This document shows, in pieces, positions 43,560 to 54,595 of a DNA stretch of 64,000 nucleotides; position 1 is the first letter of the stretch, and each line of letters starts with the position of its first letter. The stretch is taken from the NCBI GenBank assembly GCA_965199005.1, contig CBDAQK010000004.1, positions 33,120 to 97,119 of the forward strand. Reading direction: 5' to 3'. The DNA is from Acetobacteraceae bacterium. GTDB lineage: Bacteria; Pseudomonadota; Alphaproteobacteria; Acetobacterales; Acetobacteraceae. Below the pieces are notes generated by a model that made no database searches, was not told where the DNA came from, and saw nothing but the letters and a program-made list of their open reading frames with translations. Both the position numbers and the translations under genes were made by a program.

Positions 43560-43990
43560 TGTCGAGCGAAGACGTCGTAATCTACCACAATCCGGATTGC
43601 GGCACGTCCCGGAACACCCTTGCGATGATCCGGAACGCGGGCATCGAACCGCATGTCGTCGAATACCTCAAGACACCGCCCGCGCGGGCGCTGTTGGTGC
43701 AACTCATCGCCCGCACCGGGCTGACCCCGCGCACCATCCTCCGGGAAAAGGGCACGCCCTACGCCGAACTCGGCCTGGGCAATCCAGACCTGACGGACGA
43801 CCAACTGCTCGACGCGATGATGGCGCATCCCATTCTCATCAACCGTCCGCTGGTGGTGACTCCGCTCGGCATGAAGCTCTGCCGTCCGTCGGAAGTGGTG
43901 CTGGACATCCTGCCGGAGGCGCAACGCGGCGCCTTCGCGAAGGAAGACGGCGAAGTCGTCGTCGATGCGGACGGGCGCCGCACCACCTGA
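43556..43990 (+). CDS. arsC: Arsenate reductase, glutaredoxin-dependent
   Basis: [26 protein letters not shown]. Confidence 0.93.
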   Translation: MMSSEDVVIYHNPDCGTSRNTLAMIRNAGIEPHVVEYLKTPPARALLVQLIARTGLTPRTILREKGTPYAELGLGNPDLTDDQLLDAMMAHPILINRPLVVTPLGMKLCRPSEVVLDILPEAQRGAFAKEDGEVVVDADGRRTT

Positions 43991-44033
43991 CGCCATCCGG
44001 TTCGCGGCCCCATCGTCCGATTGGATTCCAGCA

Positions 44034-45347
44034 ATGCTCGCGCTCGCGATCTTCGTCGCCACCCTCGTCTTCGTCATCTGGCAGCCGCGTGGTCTAGGCA
44101 TCGGCTGGAGCGCCATGGCGGGCGCGGCCGTGGCCCTGCTGACCGGCGTCATCGGTTGGGGCGACGTTCCGGTTGTCTGGCACATCGTCTGGGACGCCAC
44201 CTTCACGTTCATCGGCCTGATCGTGATTTCGCTGCTACTCGACGAGGCCGGGTTCTTCCAATGGGCCGCGTTGCACGTCGCACGGTGGGGCGGCGGGAAC
44301 GGGCACAGGCTATTCCCGATGATTGTACTCCTGGGCGCAGCCATCGCGGCCGTCTTCGCCAACGACGGCGCGGCCTTGCTGCTGACGCCGATCGTCGTGG
44401 CCATCCTGGTCCGGCTGGAATTCAGCCCGGCTGCGACCTTGGCGTTTATCGTCGCCACCGGGTTCGTCGCCGACACCACCAGCCTGCCGCTCATCATCAG
44501 CAACTTGGTGAACATCGTGAGCGCCAACTACTTCGGGGTCTCGTTCGACCGCTACGCCGCCGTCATGGTGCCGGTGGACATCGTGGCACTGGTTGCGACG
44601 TTGGCGGTGCTGTGGGCCTTCTACCGGAGCCAGGTTCCCGCTACCTACCCGACGGCGGAACTGGAGACGCCGGGCACCGCCATTCGCGACCATGCCGTCT
44701 TCCGCGCCGCGTTCCCGCTGCTGGCCGTGCTGCTCGTCGCCTATTTCATCCTAGCCCCATTGGGCGTGCCAGTGTCGGCGGTGACAGGCGCGGGGGCGTT
44801 GCTGTTGCTGGCGTTGGCCGGTCGCTGGCATCGAGGCGGCCGCGGCGCCGTCGTGCCGGTTGGCAAGGTGCTGCGCGGCGCGCCCTGGCAGATCGTGGTG
44901 TTCTCGCTCGGCATGTATCTCGTGGTCTACGGCCTGCGAAACGCCGGGCTGACCGATCACTTGGCGACCGCCCTGGTCTGGCTTGCCGGATACGGTCCGT
45001 GGGCCGCGACCGTCGGCACCGGTTTCGGCGCGGCGATCCTGTCTTCCATCATGAACAACATGCCCGGCGTGCTGCTCGGCACGCTTTCCATCGAAGGCGC
45101 TCAAGGCATCCCGGCGGCGACCCGCGAAGCCATGGTTTACGCCAACGTCATCGGCTGTGACCTCGGACCCAAGTTCACGCCGATCGGTTCGCTGGCGACG
45201 TTGCTGTGGCTGCACGTGCTCTCCACCAAAGGCATCCGGATTTCGTGGGGGCAATACATGCGCGTCGGGCTGGCCATTACGCCGCCGGTGCTCCTGGCCG
45301 TGCTCGCCGCACTGGCGGTGTTGCTGCCGCTGCTCGGACCCGCTTGA
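44034..45347 (+). CDS. arsB: Arsenite efflux pump
   Basis: [47 protein letters not shown]. Confidence 0.95.
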   Translation: MLALAIFVATLVFVIWQPRGLGIGWSAMAGAAVALLTGVIGWGDVPVVWHIVWDATFTFIGLIVISLLLDEAGFFQWAALHVARWGGGNGHRLFPMIVLLGAAIAAVFANDGAALLLTPIVVAILVRLEFSPAATLAFIVATGFVADTTSLPLIISNLVNIVSANYFGVSFDRYAAVMVPVDIVALVATLAVLWAFYRSQVPATYPTAELETPGTAIRDHAVFRAAFPLLAVLLVAYFILAPLGVPVSAVTGAGALLLLALAGRWHRGGRGAVVPVGKVLRGAPWQIVVFSLGMYLVVYGLRNAGLTDHLATALVWLAGYGPWAATVGTGFGAAILSSIMNNMPGVLLGTLSIEGAQGIPAATREAMVYANVIGCDLGPKFTPIGSLATLLWLHVLSTKGIRISWGQYMRVGLAITPPVLLAVLAALAVLLPLLGPA

Positions 45348-45349
45348 GG

Positions 45350-46054
45350 ATGAACGCGATGAACGAAGCCATGCCAGCCTTGCGCGCTGCGCTGCTGCAC
45401 GCACCCGACCTGGGCAAGCTGGAGCCGGTCGAGCGGCTGGCGCATCCGCCGCGGATTCTGCTGCTCTACGGTTCGCTGCGTGACCGTTCCTACAGCCGAC
45501 TATTGGTCGAGGAGGCGGACCGGCTGCTGCGGTTCATGGGAGCGGAGACGCGTACTTTTGACCCCCGCGAGTTGCCTATCGTGGACAGCGTCACCAAAGA
45601 CCATCCCAAGGTGCAGGAACTCCGGGCTTTGTCGTTGTGGTCGGAGGGCCAGGTCTGGTGCAGCCCGGAGCGGCACGGCGCGGTGACGGCCGTGTTCAAG
45701 AACCAAGTCGACTGGTTGCCGCTGGAGGAGGGGTCCGTGCGCCCCACCCAGGGACGGACCCTGGCGGTCATGCAGGTGTCCGGTGGATCGCAGTCGTTCA
45801 ACGCCGTGAACACGCTCCGCCTGCTCGGGCGCTGGATGCGGATGGTGACCATTCCCAACCAGTCCAGCGTGCCCAAGGCCTACGAGCAGTTCGACGAAGC
45901 CGGGTGGATGCAGCCCGGTTCGAACTACGACCGGGTAGTGGACGTGATGGAGGAGTTGCTGCGGTTTACCTGCCTGCTGAGAGACAGGTCAGACTATCTG
46001 GTGGACCGCTACAGCGAGCGGAAGGCGGCGTTCAAGCTTGCGGACGCAATGTGA
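45350..46054 (+). CDS. arsH: Organoarsenical oxidase ArsH
   Basis: [40 protein letters not shown]. Confidence 0.95.
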   Translation: MNAMNEAMPALRAALLHAPDLGKLEPVERLAHPPRILLLYGSLRDRSYSRLLVEEADRLLRFMGAETRTFDPRELPIVDSVTKDHPKVQELRALSLWSEGQVWCSPERHGAVTAVFKNQVDWLPLEEGSVRPTQGRTLAVMQVSGGSQSFNAVNTLRLLGRWMRMVTIPNQSSVPKAYEQFDEAGWMQPGSNYDRVVDVMEELLRFTCLLRDRSDYLVDRYSERKAAFKLADAM

Positions 46055-46161
46055 AAGCTTCCGCAGTCCGTGCGCCTTGCGAACCATTGAAAGGGCGGAC
46101 AATCGACCGCGCGGCAACACGGACAGGCTCCTTGCGAGACGGGTTAACCGATGGTCTCCGG

Positions 46162-46992
46162 TCAGCGGGTGCAAGGATCCGAACACGGGCGGGACGTCTG
46201 CCCGTCCTTTTGTCCTGCGGTCGACCTGCTGACTGGAGAGGATGACACAATCCAGATGAGGTCTGATTTCAGGAGCAGTCGGACCACCGTCAGCTTCCTG
46301 TCTTCGGAGGTTGCTTTACCGGTTCTGTTTGCCGAGCGGCCAGCCGTGTCTGTCTGCTGGGATTGCAGGGCGTTCAAAAGCCTTCTGTGTTCGGCCTCAA
46401 GCTCGCCCGTGATTGCTTGAGCCTGCTTCTTGCGCCTCTTGCTGCGAAGGTAGGCCCGCGTGGACAGCACGGCGAGCAGGAGGAAGCCGATGCCGAAGAC
46501 GGCGATGAGAAGAACGCTGATAATCCACAGCAGGAAGGCCCCTGCCAGCCGAAGAGGGTGCGGCAGCGGCTCGAGGAGTTGGCTGGTCAGTGACGGACAC
46601 GACAGCACCGTGTAGACCTTGTTCGTCGCGAGAACGTAAACGGACATCAGCCCTCCAGCCCCATGGAGCCGGTTCCCCGCCGTGGACACCTCGCCTCTGC
46701 AATAGATGAAGGCGATATCTTGCCCCGACCGAACCGGGATGTCCTCGGCCACGCGGACATGATGCTCCACGCCCCCGAAATCCCTGATCCAGATGTCCCT
46801 CGACACGATGACCGTCGTGTCTACAGACGTCGTGCCACCGCCACTGCCGTCCACCACGACGGTTCGGCCACCTCCGGAGGTGATGCTGTCGCTGCGCTGA
46901 TCTGTTGCGAGCACCACGCCTTCAAGAGTGGAAAACGTCAGCGTGGCCTTGCCCACCACGTGAGGGCCGCTGGTGCCGCTCATCGCAGCCAC
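46162..46992 (-). CDS. Hypothetical membrane protein
   Basis: 276-aa ORF with a two-helix hydrophobic stretch followed by a basic segment. Confidence 0.5.
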   Translation of the reverse strand: MAAMSGTSGPHVVGKATLTFSTLEGVVLATDQRSDSITSGGGRTVVVDGSGGGTTSVDTTVIVSRDIWIRDFGGVEHHVRVAEDIPVRSGQDIAFIYCRGEVSTAGNRLHGAGGLMSVYVLATNKVYTVLSCPSLTSQLLEPLPHPLRLAGAFLLWIISVLLIAVFGIGFLLLAVLSTRAYLRSKRRKKQAQAITGELEAEHRRLLNALQSQQTDTAGRSANRTGKATSEDRKLTVVRLLLKSDLIWIVSSSPVSRSTAGQKDGQTSRPCSDPCTR

Positions 46993-47155
46993 TCACGGGA
47001 TGACCGGCGTATCCCGCCGCCGGACATCCGGCATCGATGGATGCAATCTATCGAGTCTGGATGCATGGCAGAGAGCAAGTTTAACATGGTGTTCTCACGG
47101 CACGGGGCAGACTTCAGCAGGACAGGCGTTGGCTCTCTTCTGGAGGAACCACTGC

Positions 47156-47719
47156 CTACCGTATCGAGACCGTGACCTGTTTGTGTCCGGTCGGCATGGA
47201 TCTGCTGTCGCCGGACCGGAGCGCCTCCGCGCTCCAACTCGCCTGTCCATGCTGGAAGCGCACAGCGGCACCTGGCACCACGTTGCCGACCAGTGCTGTC
47301 GGCAACCGCTTGACGAACTCGTAGCCTCCGCCGCTCTGCCGGAACACCGCGACTACCACCTGTTCTGCGCTACCAGTCGGGTCGGTCAGATACCGTATGA
47401 AGGCAAGAGCGTCAGGAGTGCCGGGTCCGTCACCTGCGTTGCCATAGTAAATGTGGATGGTGGGGGTGTTGGCCGGGCCACAGCGGACAGTGACCCCGTT
47501 CGGGTCGGAGCAGACCAGGCTCAGGTCCTTGGCAAACCACCCGCGCACCGCCGGTGCAGCAGCACCGGTCGCCCCGTCGCCCCTGCCTTGCGCCTGGGCG
47601 GCACCGGCCAGCAGGGTGGCCGCCAACGCCGCGGCCTGGAATAGGGATACAGTCGGCCCGTTCCGGATTATGGTCACGGAACTTCCGAGAGCATACCGGA
47701 ACACATGGTGCATCCACAC
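47156..47719 (-). CDS. Hypothetical exported protein
   Basis: Signal-like AAALAATLLAGAAQA; start uncertain. Confidence 0.5.
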   Translation of the reverse strand: MWMHHVFRYALGSSVTIIRNGPTVSLFQAAALAATLLAGAAQAQGRGDGATGAAAPAVRGWFAKDLSLVCSDPNGVTVRCGPANTPTIHIYYGNAGDGPGTPDALAFIRYLTDPTGSAEQVVVAVFRQSGGGYEFVKRLPTALVGNVVPGAAVRFQHGQASWSAEALRSGDSRSMPTGHKQVTVSIR

Positions 47720-47870
47720 TCCCTAAAATGCCCCAACCATCCGGCAGCACCACGAAACGGCACTTTCCGGCACCTCGCCTGCCATGTGCGCCTGTATGTC
47801 TACGATACGTAGATGTGTCAATCCGTAATGTAGATAGCGCGAGGAGCTGGTCCGGGAAACAAATCCCGTC

Positions 47871-48254
47871 ATGGACGGGTTTGGTGCGCAGCTGCGGGAA
47901 CGAGCATTGGAACTGGGACTGAGCGATGCCGAGGTGGCCCGGCGGGCGGGTCTGACGCCGACGCGCTACGGCCACTACGTCACGGACTACCGCGAGCCGG
48001 ACCTGGCGACGCTGGTCAGGATCTGCCAGATCCTCGGCACCACGGCCGACAGCGTTCTCCGCATTGAGCAGGCCAATGCTGACGATGGCGACCTGAAGGC
48101 GCAGCGTGGGCGGGTGGCAGGTTTCGTCGAGACCCTGGATGCCCGGTCGCTTCAGATAGCGCTGGAAGTCATGCAGGCTTTGGCCGCCACGGTCGGGCTG
48201 CGAGCGCCGGACGCGTCCGCCACGTCCGCGAAAGACCTATCAGACGAGCCCTAG
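47871..48254 (+). CDS. XRE-family HTH regulator
   Basis: FGAQLRERALELGLSDAEVARRAG...REPDLATLVRIC. Confidence 0.85.
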   Translation: MDGFGAQLRERALELGLSDAEVARRAGLTPTRYGHYVTDYREPDLATLVRICQILGTTADSVLRIEQANADDGDLKAQRGRVAGFVETLDARSLQIALEVMQALAATVGLRAPDASATSAKDLSDEP

Positions 48255-48604
48255 TCATCGGTCAGAGCCTTCGAAGGAATGACAACGCCCGGCTACGTTG
48301 TGGAGCTTGATGCCAGCACCAACCAGGGCCTACCTCCGCCTACGTGCGTCTGAGAAGCAAATTCAGGCATCGTCACCGCATCCCAGGAAAGCACCTCCCG
48401 TGGCATGCGGCGGAGCGGCCGGGCGCTAGGGCTAATCCGAGAAGACTTCGGCGGACAAGCGAAGGCAGTGCTGGCTTCGGCCCGTAAGCATCCGTTCGAC
48501 GCTTGACGATCCTCGCTTTCTCCATGGAGGCTAATTCGGAGCTTCGCAGTCGGGCGGTATGCGGTTGCCGCCCTTCGTCTGGCGCGCCGGGCAACGCGGC
48601 CCAC

Positions 48605-49752
48605 ATGTCGACGATGTCCATAAAGTTGGTCCTGACCCGTGATGCTGCCCTCCGACAGCTACAGGCGGTTACGCCTCGTCTGGGTCGCGTCTATGCTTCG
48701 GAACGCAACACCGACGCAGGCCGGACGCCGACGCGACTACAACCGCGCTCTCACCGTATCTGCGTCGCCGCCTGCTGCTCGAGGAGGAGGTGGTCGCAGC
48801 TGCCATGGCCGCCCATGGGTCGGGCGCCTACAAGTTCGTCTCTGAGGTGTTCTGGCGGACCTACTTCAAAGGGTTCCTCGAAACCCATCCGGACATCTGG
48901 GACCGGTATACCTCCGCCCTCGGCGCCGAGCAGGAGAAGCTGGCAGGCTCGCCCGGTCTTCGGCGTATCTACGAGAAGGCCGTCGACGGCGAGACCGGCA
49001 TCGACTGCTTCGACGAATGGGCGCAGGAGCTAGCTGCCACCGGGTGGCTCCACAACCACACCAGTATGTGGTTCGCCTCAATATGGATCTTTACGCTGCG
49101 CCTGCCGTGGACGCTGAGCGCCGATTTCTTCCTGCGCCACCTTGTCGACGGCGACCCTGCCAGCAACACGTTGTCATGGCGCTGGGTGGCGGGCCTGCAC
49201 ACCCGCGGTCGCGTGTACGCCGCCCGCGCGGAGAACATCCGGCGCTACACCGGGGGCCGCCACTCGCCAGCTGGCTTGAACGAGAACCCGGAACCTCTGG
49301 AGGAGGCCGCCATCCCGGCGACATGCAAGCTGCTGCCCGCCGGAAGGGTTCCGGACGCCGACGTCGCGTTGCTGCTGCACCTTCACGACTTGAACCCCGA
49401 GAGCCTGCCCCTTGGGTCAGCCCGCGTGGCGCGCGTCGGCGGAGTGGTGGCGCATGCACGTGGTGCGACCGAGGCTGTGCGCCGGGCGGACGTGCAGGCG
49501 ATGGCGGACGCCCTTGAGAGGGCGCAAAGCCACTTTGGCTGCCCTGCTGCGGACGTCGAGGCAGGTTGGGATGACGGGCTGCCGGTGGTAACCGCATGGG
49601 CGCCGGTAGGGCCGTCGGCTGGCGCTCTGCCGTTCGGCAGCATCCTCATCCGGCGGCCCTGGGACTAAATGGCGTGGCCCCGGGCGACGCGCGGGTTCTA
49701 CAACCTCAATTCCGCCATTCCGGGCATATTGGAGCATGTCGGCGTCGGCTGA
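48605..49752 (+). pseudogene. Photolyase-related FAD-binding protein with frameshift and premature stop
   Basis: KFVSEVFWRTYFKG, GWLHNH, LVDGDPASNTLSWRWVAG; frameshift near 48725; TAA at 49666 before AWPRATRGF. Confidence 0.8.
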
Positions 49753-50207
49753 CTAGCCCGGCTTCGAGGCGGGTTTTCCACCTCGTCTGTGCGCACCGTC
49801 CCGAGCCGGATCAATTGTAAGGCCGGGTTCTGAGTAGTCCGACGTGAGTGTTCGTCGCCGCACGGCCGAGGAACCAAGGGTGTAGCCATTGGGGGCAGGT
49901 GGAACGGCCCCTCTCAGGGGGAATTTGTGCGCTCTCGCCCGCCGATTACAGACGCGCCGTGAACAACCCGCTTCACTGCCCGATGTGGTTGTTCCGCATG
50001 AGGTCGTCGGTCAATACCTCGAATGGTCAGCCCATAGACTGCGAAGCACGTCATCGTCACGCCAAGGAAGACCGGCATGGGTACGATTGGAAAGCGAGCA
50101 GCGGCTTCTGCGAACAATCAGCCTGCCAGATTGGTTGGAACATCTATCGCTATTGGATTACCGCCATGCCGCGGCACGATGATAGGACATCAATAGACGA
50201 GATCCTG

Positions 50208-51335
50208 ATGTCCGATCGCACTGCCGGAGTTTTCACGCCGAGCACCTTGAAGCCTGGAACAGCCACCGGCCCGATGCGTATGCGGGCCTGGCTGGGTAGG
50301 GTCCTGCCGGGCCTCCTGCTCTGTCTCGCCGTTACAGGAGCCGCGATGGCATTGGAGCGGGTCGAAGCTGCGGCGTTCGGGGCCACATGGCTGGAGGCTC
50401 TGGTTCTGGCGATCCTGGTCGGCACGGCCGTCCGTACTGCCTGGTCGCCGGGACGGCGCTGGTTCGCTGGCATCAACTTCAGTGCGAAGACGCTGCTGGA
50501 GATCGCGGTTCTGCTGCTCGGCGCCTCCATCAGCGCCGGGATGATCATGGCAGCCGGTCCGCTGCTGATCGCGGGTATCGCGGGTATCGTGGTGGTGGCG
50601 ATCGCCGCCAGCTATGGCATCGGGCGCGTGTTGGGCCTGCCGCACCGCATGGCCATGCTCGTGGCATGCGGAAACTCCATCTGCGGCAACTCTGCCATCG
50701 CCGCCGTCGCCCCGATCATCGGCGCCGACGGCGAGGATGTGGCGGCGTCCATAGCCTTCACCGCAGTGTTGGGCGTCGTCGTCGTGCTCGGCCTGCCGCT
50801 GCTGCCGGAGCTGCTGCATTTGACGGGTATGCAGTACGGCGTGCTCGCCGGGCTTACCGTCTATGCCGTGCCGCAGGTGCTGGCGGCGACCGTCCCGCTT
50901 GGGACTGTCGCCGTTCACATCGGCACGCTGGTGAAGCTGGTGCGCGTGCTGATGCTCGGTCCGGTCGTGCTGGGTCTGTCGCTGCTGACCCGACGCATGC
51001 GGGACCAGACCGACGAGGCACTGCCCCACGTGACCGCCGGTGACCGTCCGGCACCAGGCAAGCTGCCGCTGCACAAATTGGTGCCGTGGTTCATCCTCGG
51101 CTTTCTGGGACTGGCCGCGCTGCGTTCCATGGATCTGGTGCCGCATGCCGCCCTGCCACCGGTTGCGACAGCCGCCAACCTGCTCACCATCATATCGATG
51201 GCGGCGCTGGGTCTCGGCACCGATCTCAAGGTGGTTGCCCGGGCCGGAATCCGGGTGATCGCCGCAGTGACGCTCAGCCTGCTTCTGCTCGGCGCGATCA
51301 GCCTCGGCCTGATTAAGGCGTTGGGGATCGCCTAG
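50208..51335 (+). CDS. yeiH: YeiH-family putative sulfate/sulfite exporter
   Basis: GNSICGNSAIAA, YAVPQV, KLVRVLML, VPWFILGF, MAALGL. Confidence 0.88.
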   Translation: MSDRTAGVFTPSTLKPGTATGPMRMRAWLGRVLPGLLLCLAVTGAAMALERVEAAAFGATWLEALVLAILVGTAVRTAWSPGRRWFAGINFSAKTLLEIAVLLLGASISAGMIMAAGPLLIAGIAGIVVVAIAASYGIGRVLGLPHRMAMLVACGNSICGNSAIAAVAPIIGADGEDVAASIAFTAVLGVVVVLGLPLLPELLHLTGMQYGVLAGLTVYAVPQVLAATVPLGTVAVHIGTLVKLVRVLMLGPVVLGLSLLTRRMRDQTDEALPHVTAGDRPAPGKLPLHKLVPWFILGFLGLAALRSMDLVPHAALPPVATAANLLTIISMAALGLGTDLKVVARAGIRVIAAVTLSLLLLGAISLGLIKALGIA

Positions 51336-51488
51336 GCCAACCGGTCCTTCCTCCCGGTCCCGGGGTGGACGAGACTGATAGCACCTTCCCATCGCAACGG
51401 AGCAGATCCCCTGCCGCCACCTCTACCGGTACCGGATCAGATACCCGCCGCACTCAGTCATCCGGCGGCCGCCCGGTTCTGGCTGGCC

Positions 51489-52751
51489 GTGGTGCTGACC
51501 GGCCTCGGCGCCGGGATCGGTGCCGCCGTGCTGACCGATCTGCTGGAGGCGGTTCAGCACTTCGTCTGGCCCGGTCCAGGTACTTTGGCGGAAGCGGCCA
51601 GCCAGGCTCCTGTCTGGCGGCATCTGATCGTTCTGACGAGTGCGGGACTGGTCACCGGAGCGGGCCAACTGGTCCTTACCCGCCTGTCCAGCGGCAACGG
51701 CATCGACATCACCGCAGCGATCTGGTTCTCCGCCGGACGCCTACCTGCGCTGAGGACGCTGGGGAGCGCGGTGCTGTCCATCGTCGTCGTCGGTATGGGC
51801 GTATCGCTGGGGCGTGAGGGCGCGCCGAAACAGGTCGGCGCGGTGCTTGCGAATGCCTGCTCAGACCTGGGCAAGCTGTCAGACGAACAACGGAGGCTCC
51901 TGGTCGCGTGCGGTGCCGGGGCCGGGATGGCCGCCGCATATGGCGTGCCGCTGGGCGGAGCGCTGTTCGCTCTGGAGGTGCTCCGCGGCGTATTGGCGCT
52001 GCGGCTGATCCTGCCTGCGCTTCTGACAGCGGTGATCGCCACCGGCGTCTCCTGGCTGCTCGGCATGCCGAACGCGCCGACCTATGTCATTCCAGCCTAT
52101 CCCAGCCCTGTTTCAATCTCGGTCTGGGCGTGCCTCGCCGGACCTGCCTTCGGCGTCGTGTCGGTGCTCTATGTTCGCTCGATCGCCTGGGCGGACCGCG
52201 CCAGGCCGAAGGGCTGGCGACGTTGGGTGGCACCGGTCCTAATACTTGGACTACTGGGCGTCGTCTCCATCTGGTTCCCCCAACTGCTCGGCAACGGCAA
52301 AGACATCGCCGATTCCGCCTTCATGGGGCGCATGGGTCCCGGCCTCCTTCTGGCCCTCCTGCTTCTCAAACCGCTGGCCACAGCCTCCTGCCTGGGCAGC
52401 GGCACGCCGGGCGGCCTCTTCACCCCGTCGCTGGCGATCGGGGCCTTGCTCGGTGCGGTATTGGGGCATGCCTGGTCGTGGATGGTGCCTGGTGACGCTA
52501 CGGGTGCCTTCGCCATCGTCGGGGCGGCGGCGGTCCTGGCGGCGACAACGCAGGGGCCGATTTCGGCGGTCGTGCTGATGACCGAACTGACCGGGCAGGA
52601 CCGCGCACTGATCCTACCGATCCTGCTGGCGGTCATCACGGCCACGATCGTGTCGCGTAGCATCGAACCCCGCTCGATCTACGACGCCCGGCTGACCGAT
52701 GCCGAAGTCGTGTCCAGGATCAAGAGCCGAGACCCGCAGGGCCACGCGTGA
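51489..52751 (+). CDS. CLC-family anion channel/transporter
   Basis: GREGAP, AAYGVPLGG, GGLFTP; start uncertain, possible N-terminal frameshift. Confidence 0.85.
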   Translation: MVLTGLGAGIGAAVLTDLLEAVQHFVWPGPGTLAEAASQAPVWRHLIVLTSAGLVTGAGQLVLTRLSSGNGIDITAAIWFSAGRLPALRTLGSAVLSIVVVGMGVSLGREGAPKQVGAVLANACSDLGKLSDEQRRLLVACGAGAGMAAAYGVPLGGALFALEVLRGVLALRLILPALLTAVIATGVSWLLGMPNAPTYVIPAYPSPVSISVWACLAGPAFGVVSVLYVRSIAWADRARPKGWRRWVAPVLILGLLGVVSIWFPQLLGNGKDIADSAFMGRMGPGLLLALLLLKPLATASCLGSGTPGGLFTPSLAIGALLGAVLGHAWSWMVPGDATGAFAIVGAAAVLAATTQGPISAVVLMTELTGQDRALILPILLAVITATIVSRSIEPRSIYDARLTDAEVVSRIKSRDPQGHA

Positions 52752-52754
52752 CGG

Positions 52755-53870
52755 CTAAACCGCCAGCACCGGCACGCGGTGCCAGGCCGCGGAAAGATAG
52801 CCCTTGAAGTTCCAGGTATCGTCCGGAAGCGCGGGCTGGGTTTGCCCGGCATCATCCCAGGCGCGGACGGCCAGTTCATGTTCCCCTTGCGGAAGATCGA
52901 GCGTGGCGCGCCAGAAGACCCAGGACCATGCGCTGCCCGGCTGGTCTTCCAACTCGGCCTGCGACCAGGTACGGCCACCGTCCATCGACACGTCGACGCG
53001 CACCACGGCGCGGTCCGACACCGTCGCATAGCCACGCAGGGTTACCGGACCGGCGGGTAATTGTGCGTGCGAGGCTGGCTCGCAGATGGCGCTGTTCAGC
53101 GGCAGGCGGTTGATCGTGACGCCCCGCGACGGGTCAGCCGTCTCCTGAGTCACGTGGGAGGGGAACAGCTTGTAGTCGTCGGCCTGGATCGGGTTCTCGC
53201 TCGGGGCGTTCTGCACAGTGACAGTGTGCAGCCACTTCGGACTGCGGACCCCGGCATAGCCCGGCACGACCACGCGAAGCGGCGCACCGTGCTCAGCCTT
53301 CAAGGGCTCGCCGTTCATCGCGTATGCCAGCAGAACCTCGGAGCCGAGCGCCTTCGCCATCGGGATCGAGGCACCATACCGGAACGTCTTACCCTCCATG
53401 CTGCACTCATCGGCGCAATCGAAGGCGACGTGCAGGCCTGCGCCCTCTTCGGCCCCGGCGGCACGGAGAACGTCGGCCAGCGACACGCCGGTCCATTCCG
53501 CATTGCCGATCGCACCCGGCGCCCAGGGATCGCCGGAGGTCGGTCGCACACGCTGCATATCGGCTCGCCGGTTGCCAGCGCACTGGATCGTCGCCATCAC
53601 CGTCCGAGGTGAAAAGCGGCCGCGCAGCTCCTCCAGCGAGAGATCCAGCGGTATGCCGACATGCCCCGTCACCCGCAGCCGGTGGACGGCCGGATCCAGT
53701 TCGGGGATGTTGCCGTGGCTCCGGACGTAGAACCCGCTCTGCTGCGTGACGAAGCTGGCCCGAAGCTGTTCGGTGGGTGGCTCCGCATTGTAAGGCTTCT
53801 GCGAATGGGTGATGAGGCGCGGATTGTCGATCGTGACGCCGGGTGGGACGGTGCGGAACGGGTTGCGCAT
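52755..53870 (-). CDS. Sulfite oxidase-family molybdoenzyme, no signal peptide
   Basis: FYVRSHG, CAGNRR, GNAEWTG, HGAPLRVVVPG, KWL. Confidence 0.88.
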   Translation of the reverse strand: MRNPFRTVPPGVTIDNPRLITHSQKPYNAEPPTEQLRASFVTQQSGFYVRSHGNIPELDPAVHRLRVTGHVGIPLDLSLEELRGRFSPRTVMATIQCAGNRRADMQRVRPTSGDPWAPGAIGNAEWTGVSLADVLRAAGAEEGAGLHVAFDCADECSMEGKTFRYGASIPMAKALGSEVLLAYAMNGEPLKAEHGAPLRVVVPGYAGVRSPKWLHTVTVQNAPSENPIQADDYKLFPSHVTQETADPSRGVTINRLPLNSAICEPASHAQLPAGPVTLRGYATVSDRAVVRVDVSMDGGRTWSQAELEDQPGSAWSWVFWRATLDLPQGEHELAVRAWDDAGQTQPALPDDTWNFKGYLSAAWHRVPVLAV

Positions 53871-53925
53871 GATACCTCGCTGCGATGGTGCTCTGACAAC
53901 GCGCGGCCAGAGCGAAAGTCATTCG

Positions 53926-53961
53926 GGCGGGTGGCTGCGCGGTGTTCCGCAGCCACCCGCC
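53926..53961. repeat. Perfect 14-bp inverted repeat
   Basis: GGCGGGTGGCTGCG-N8-CGCAGCCACCCGCC. Confidence 0.7.
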
Positions 53962-54099
53962 AATCTACTGCTGGACCTTGACGGACCCGCCCGGGGAGGC
54001 GGCCGGTGCCGGGAGCGATCACCAGCCAGCGGCGGGCCGGACCGGAGTCGCCCTGCACCAGTCGGCGGATCGGTCCTATTCGGCGCGGCCCGTATCTTC

Positions 54100-54579
54100 C
54101 TACGGGCCGACCTTCAGGTTGGCGAGATAAGCCACGATGGCCGGGACGTCGCTCTCCTCCACCGGAGCCTTGTAGGTATGCAGCATCTTGGTCACCTCGC
54201 CTGTCCATTCCGCCTTGGTCAGCGCGGGCTGGTTCAGAATCATGCCGGGCGAATGGCAGGACTGGCAGCTATTGCCGACCAACTCTGCGCCAGGCCCGGG
54301 CGGAAAGGCACGGTCGCTGCCGGGGAAGTCGAAGCCGACCGAACGAAGCGTCACCCCTGCGACCGCCGCCACGGCAGGCGCTGCATGCGGTCCCACAGCG
54401 GCAGCTTCGGCGGCAATCTGCTTATTCAGCTCCACCGAGTAGGCAGGCATCGGCTGGACGGCGGCTGCCTGCCGCGCCTGCTCGGCCGCCCCATGATCGT
54501 TTGGCCTGCCAGTCGCGAACAGGACGATGCCGCCCAGTATCACGGAGCCGAAGGCGACTGTGCCGATTGAAATGGTCAT
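54100..54579 (-). CDS. Monohaem cytochrome c (SorB-like)
   Basis: CQSCH, W..EVTKM...YKAP; immediately downstream of the SorA-like gene. Confidence 0.85.
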   Translation of the reverse strand: MTISIGTVAFGSVILGGIVLFATGRPNDHGAAEQARQAAAVQPMPAYSVELNKQIAAEAAAVGPHAAPAVAAVAGVTLRSVGFDFPGSDRAFPPGPGAELVGNSCQSCHSPGMILNQPALTKAEWTGEVTKMLHTYKAPVEESDVPAIVAYLANLKVGP

Positions 54580-54595
54580 GACGCACTCCTCCAGG

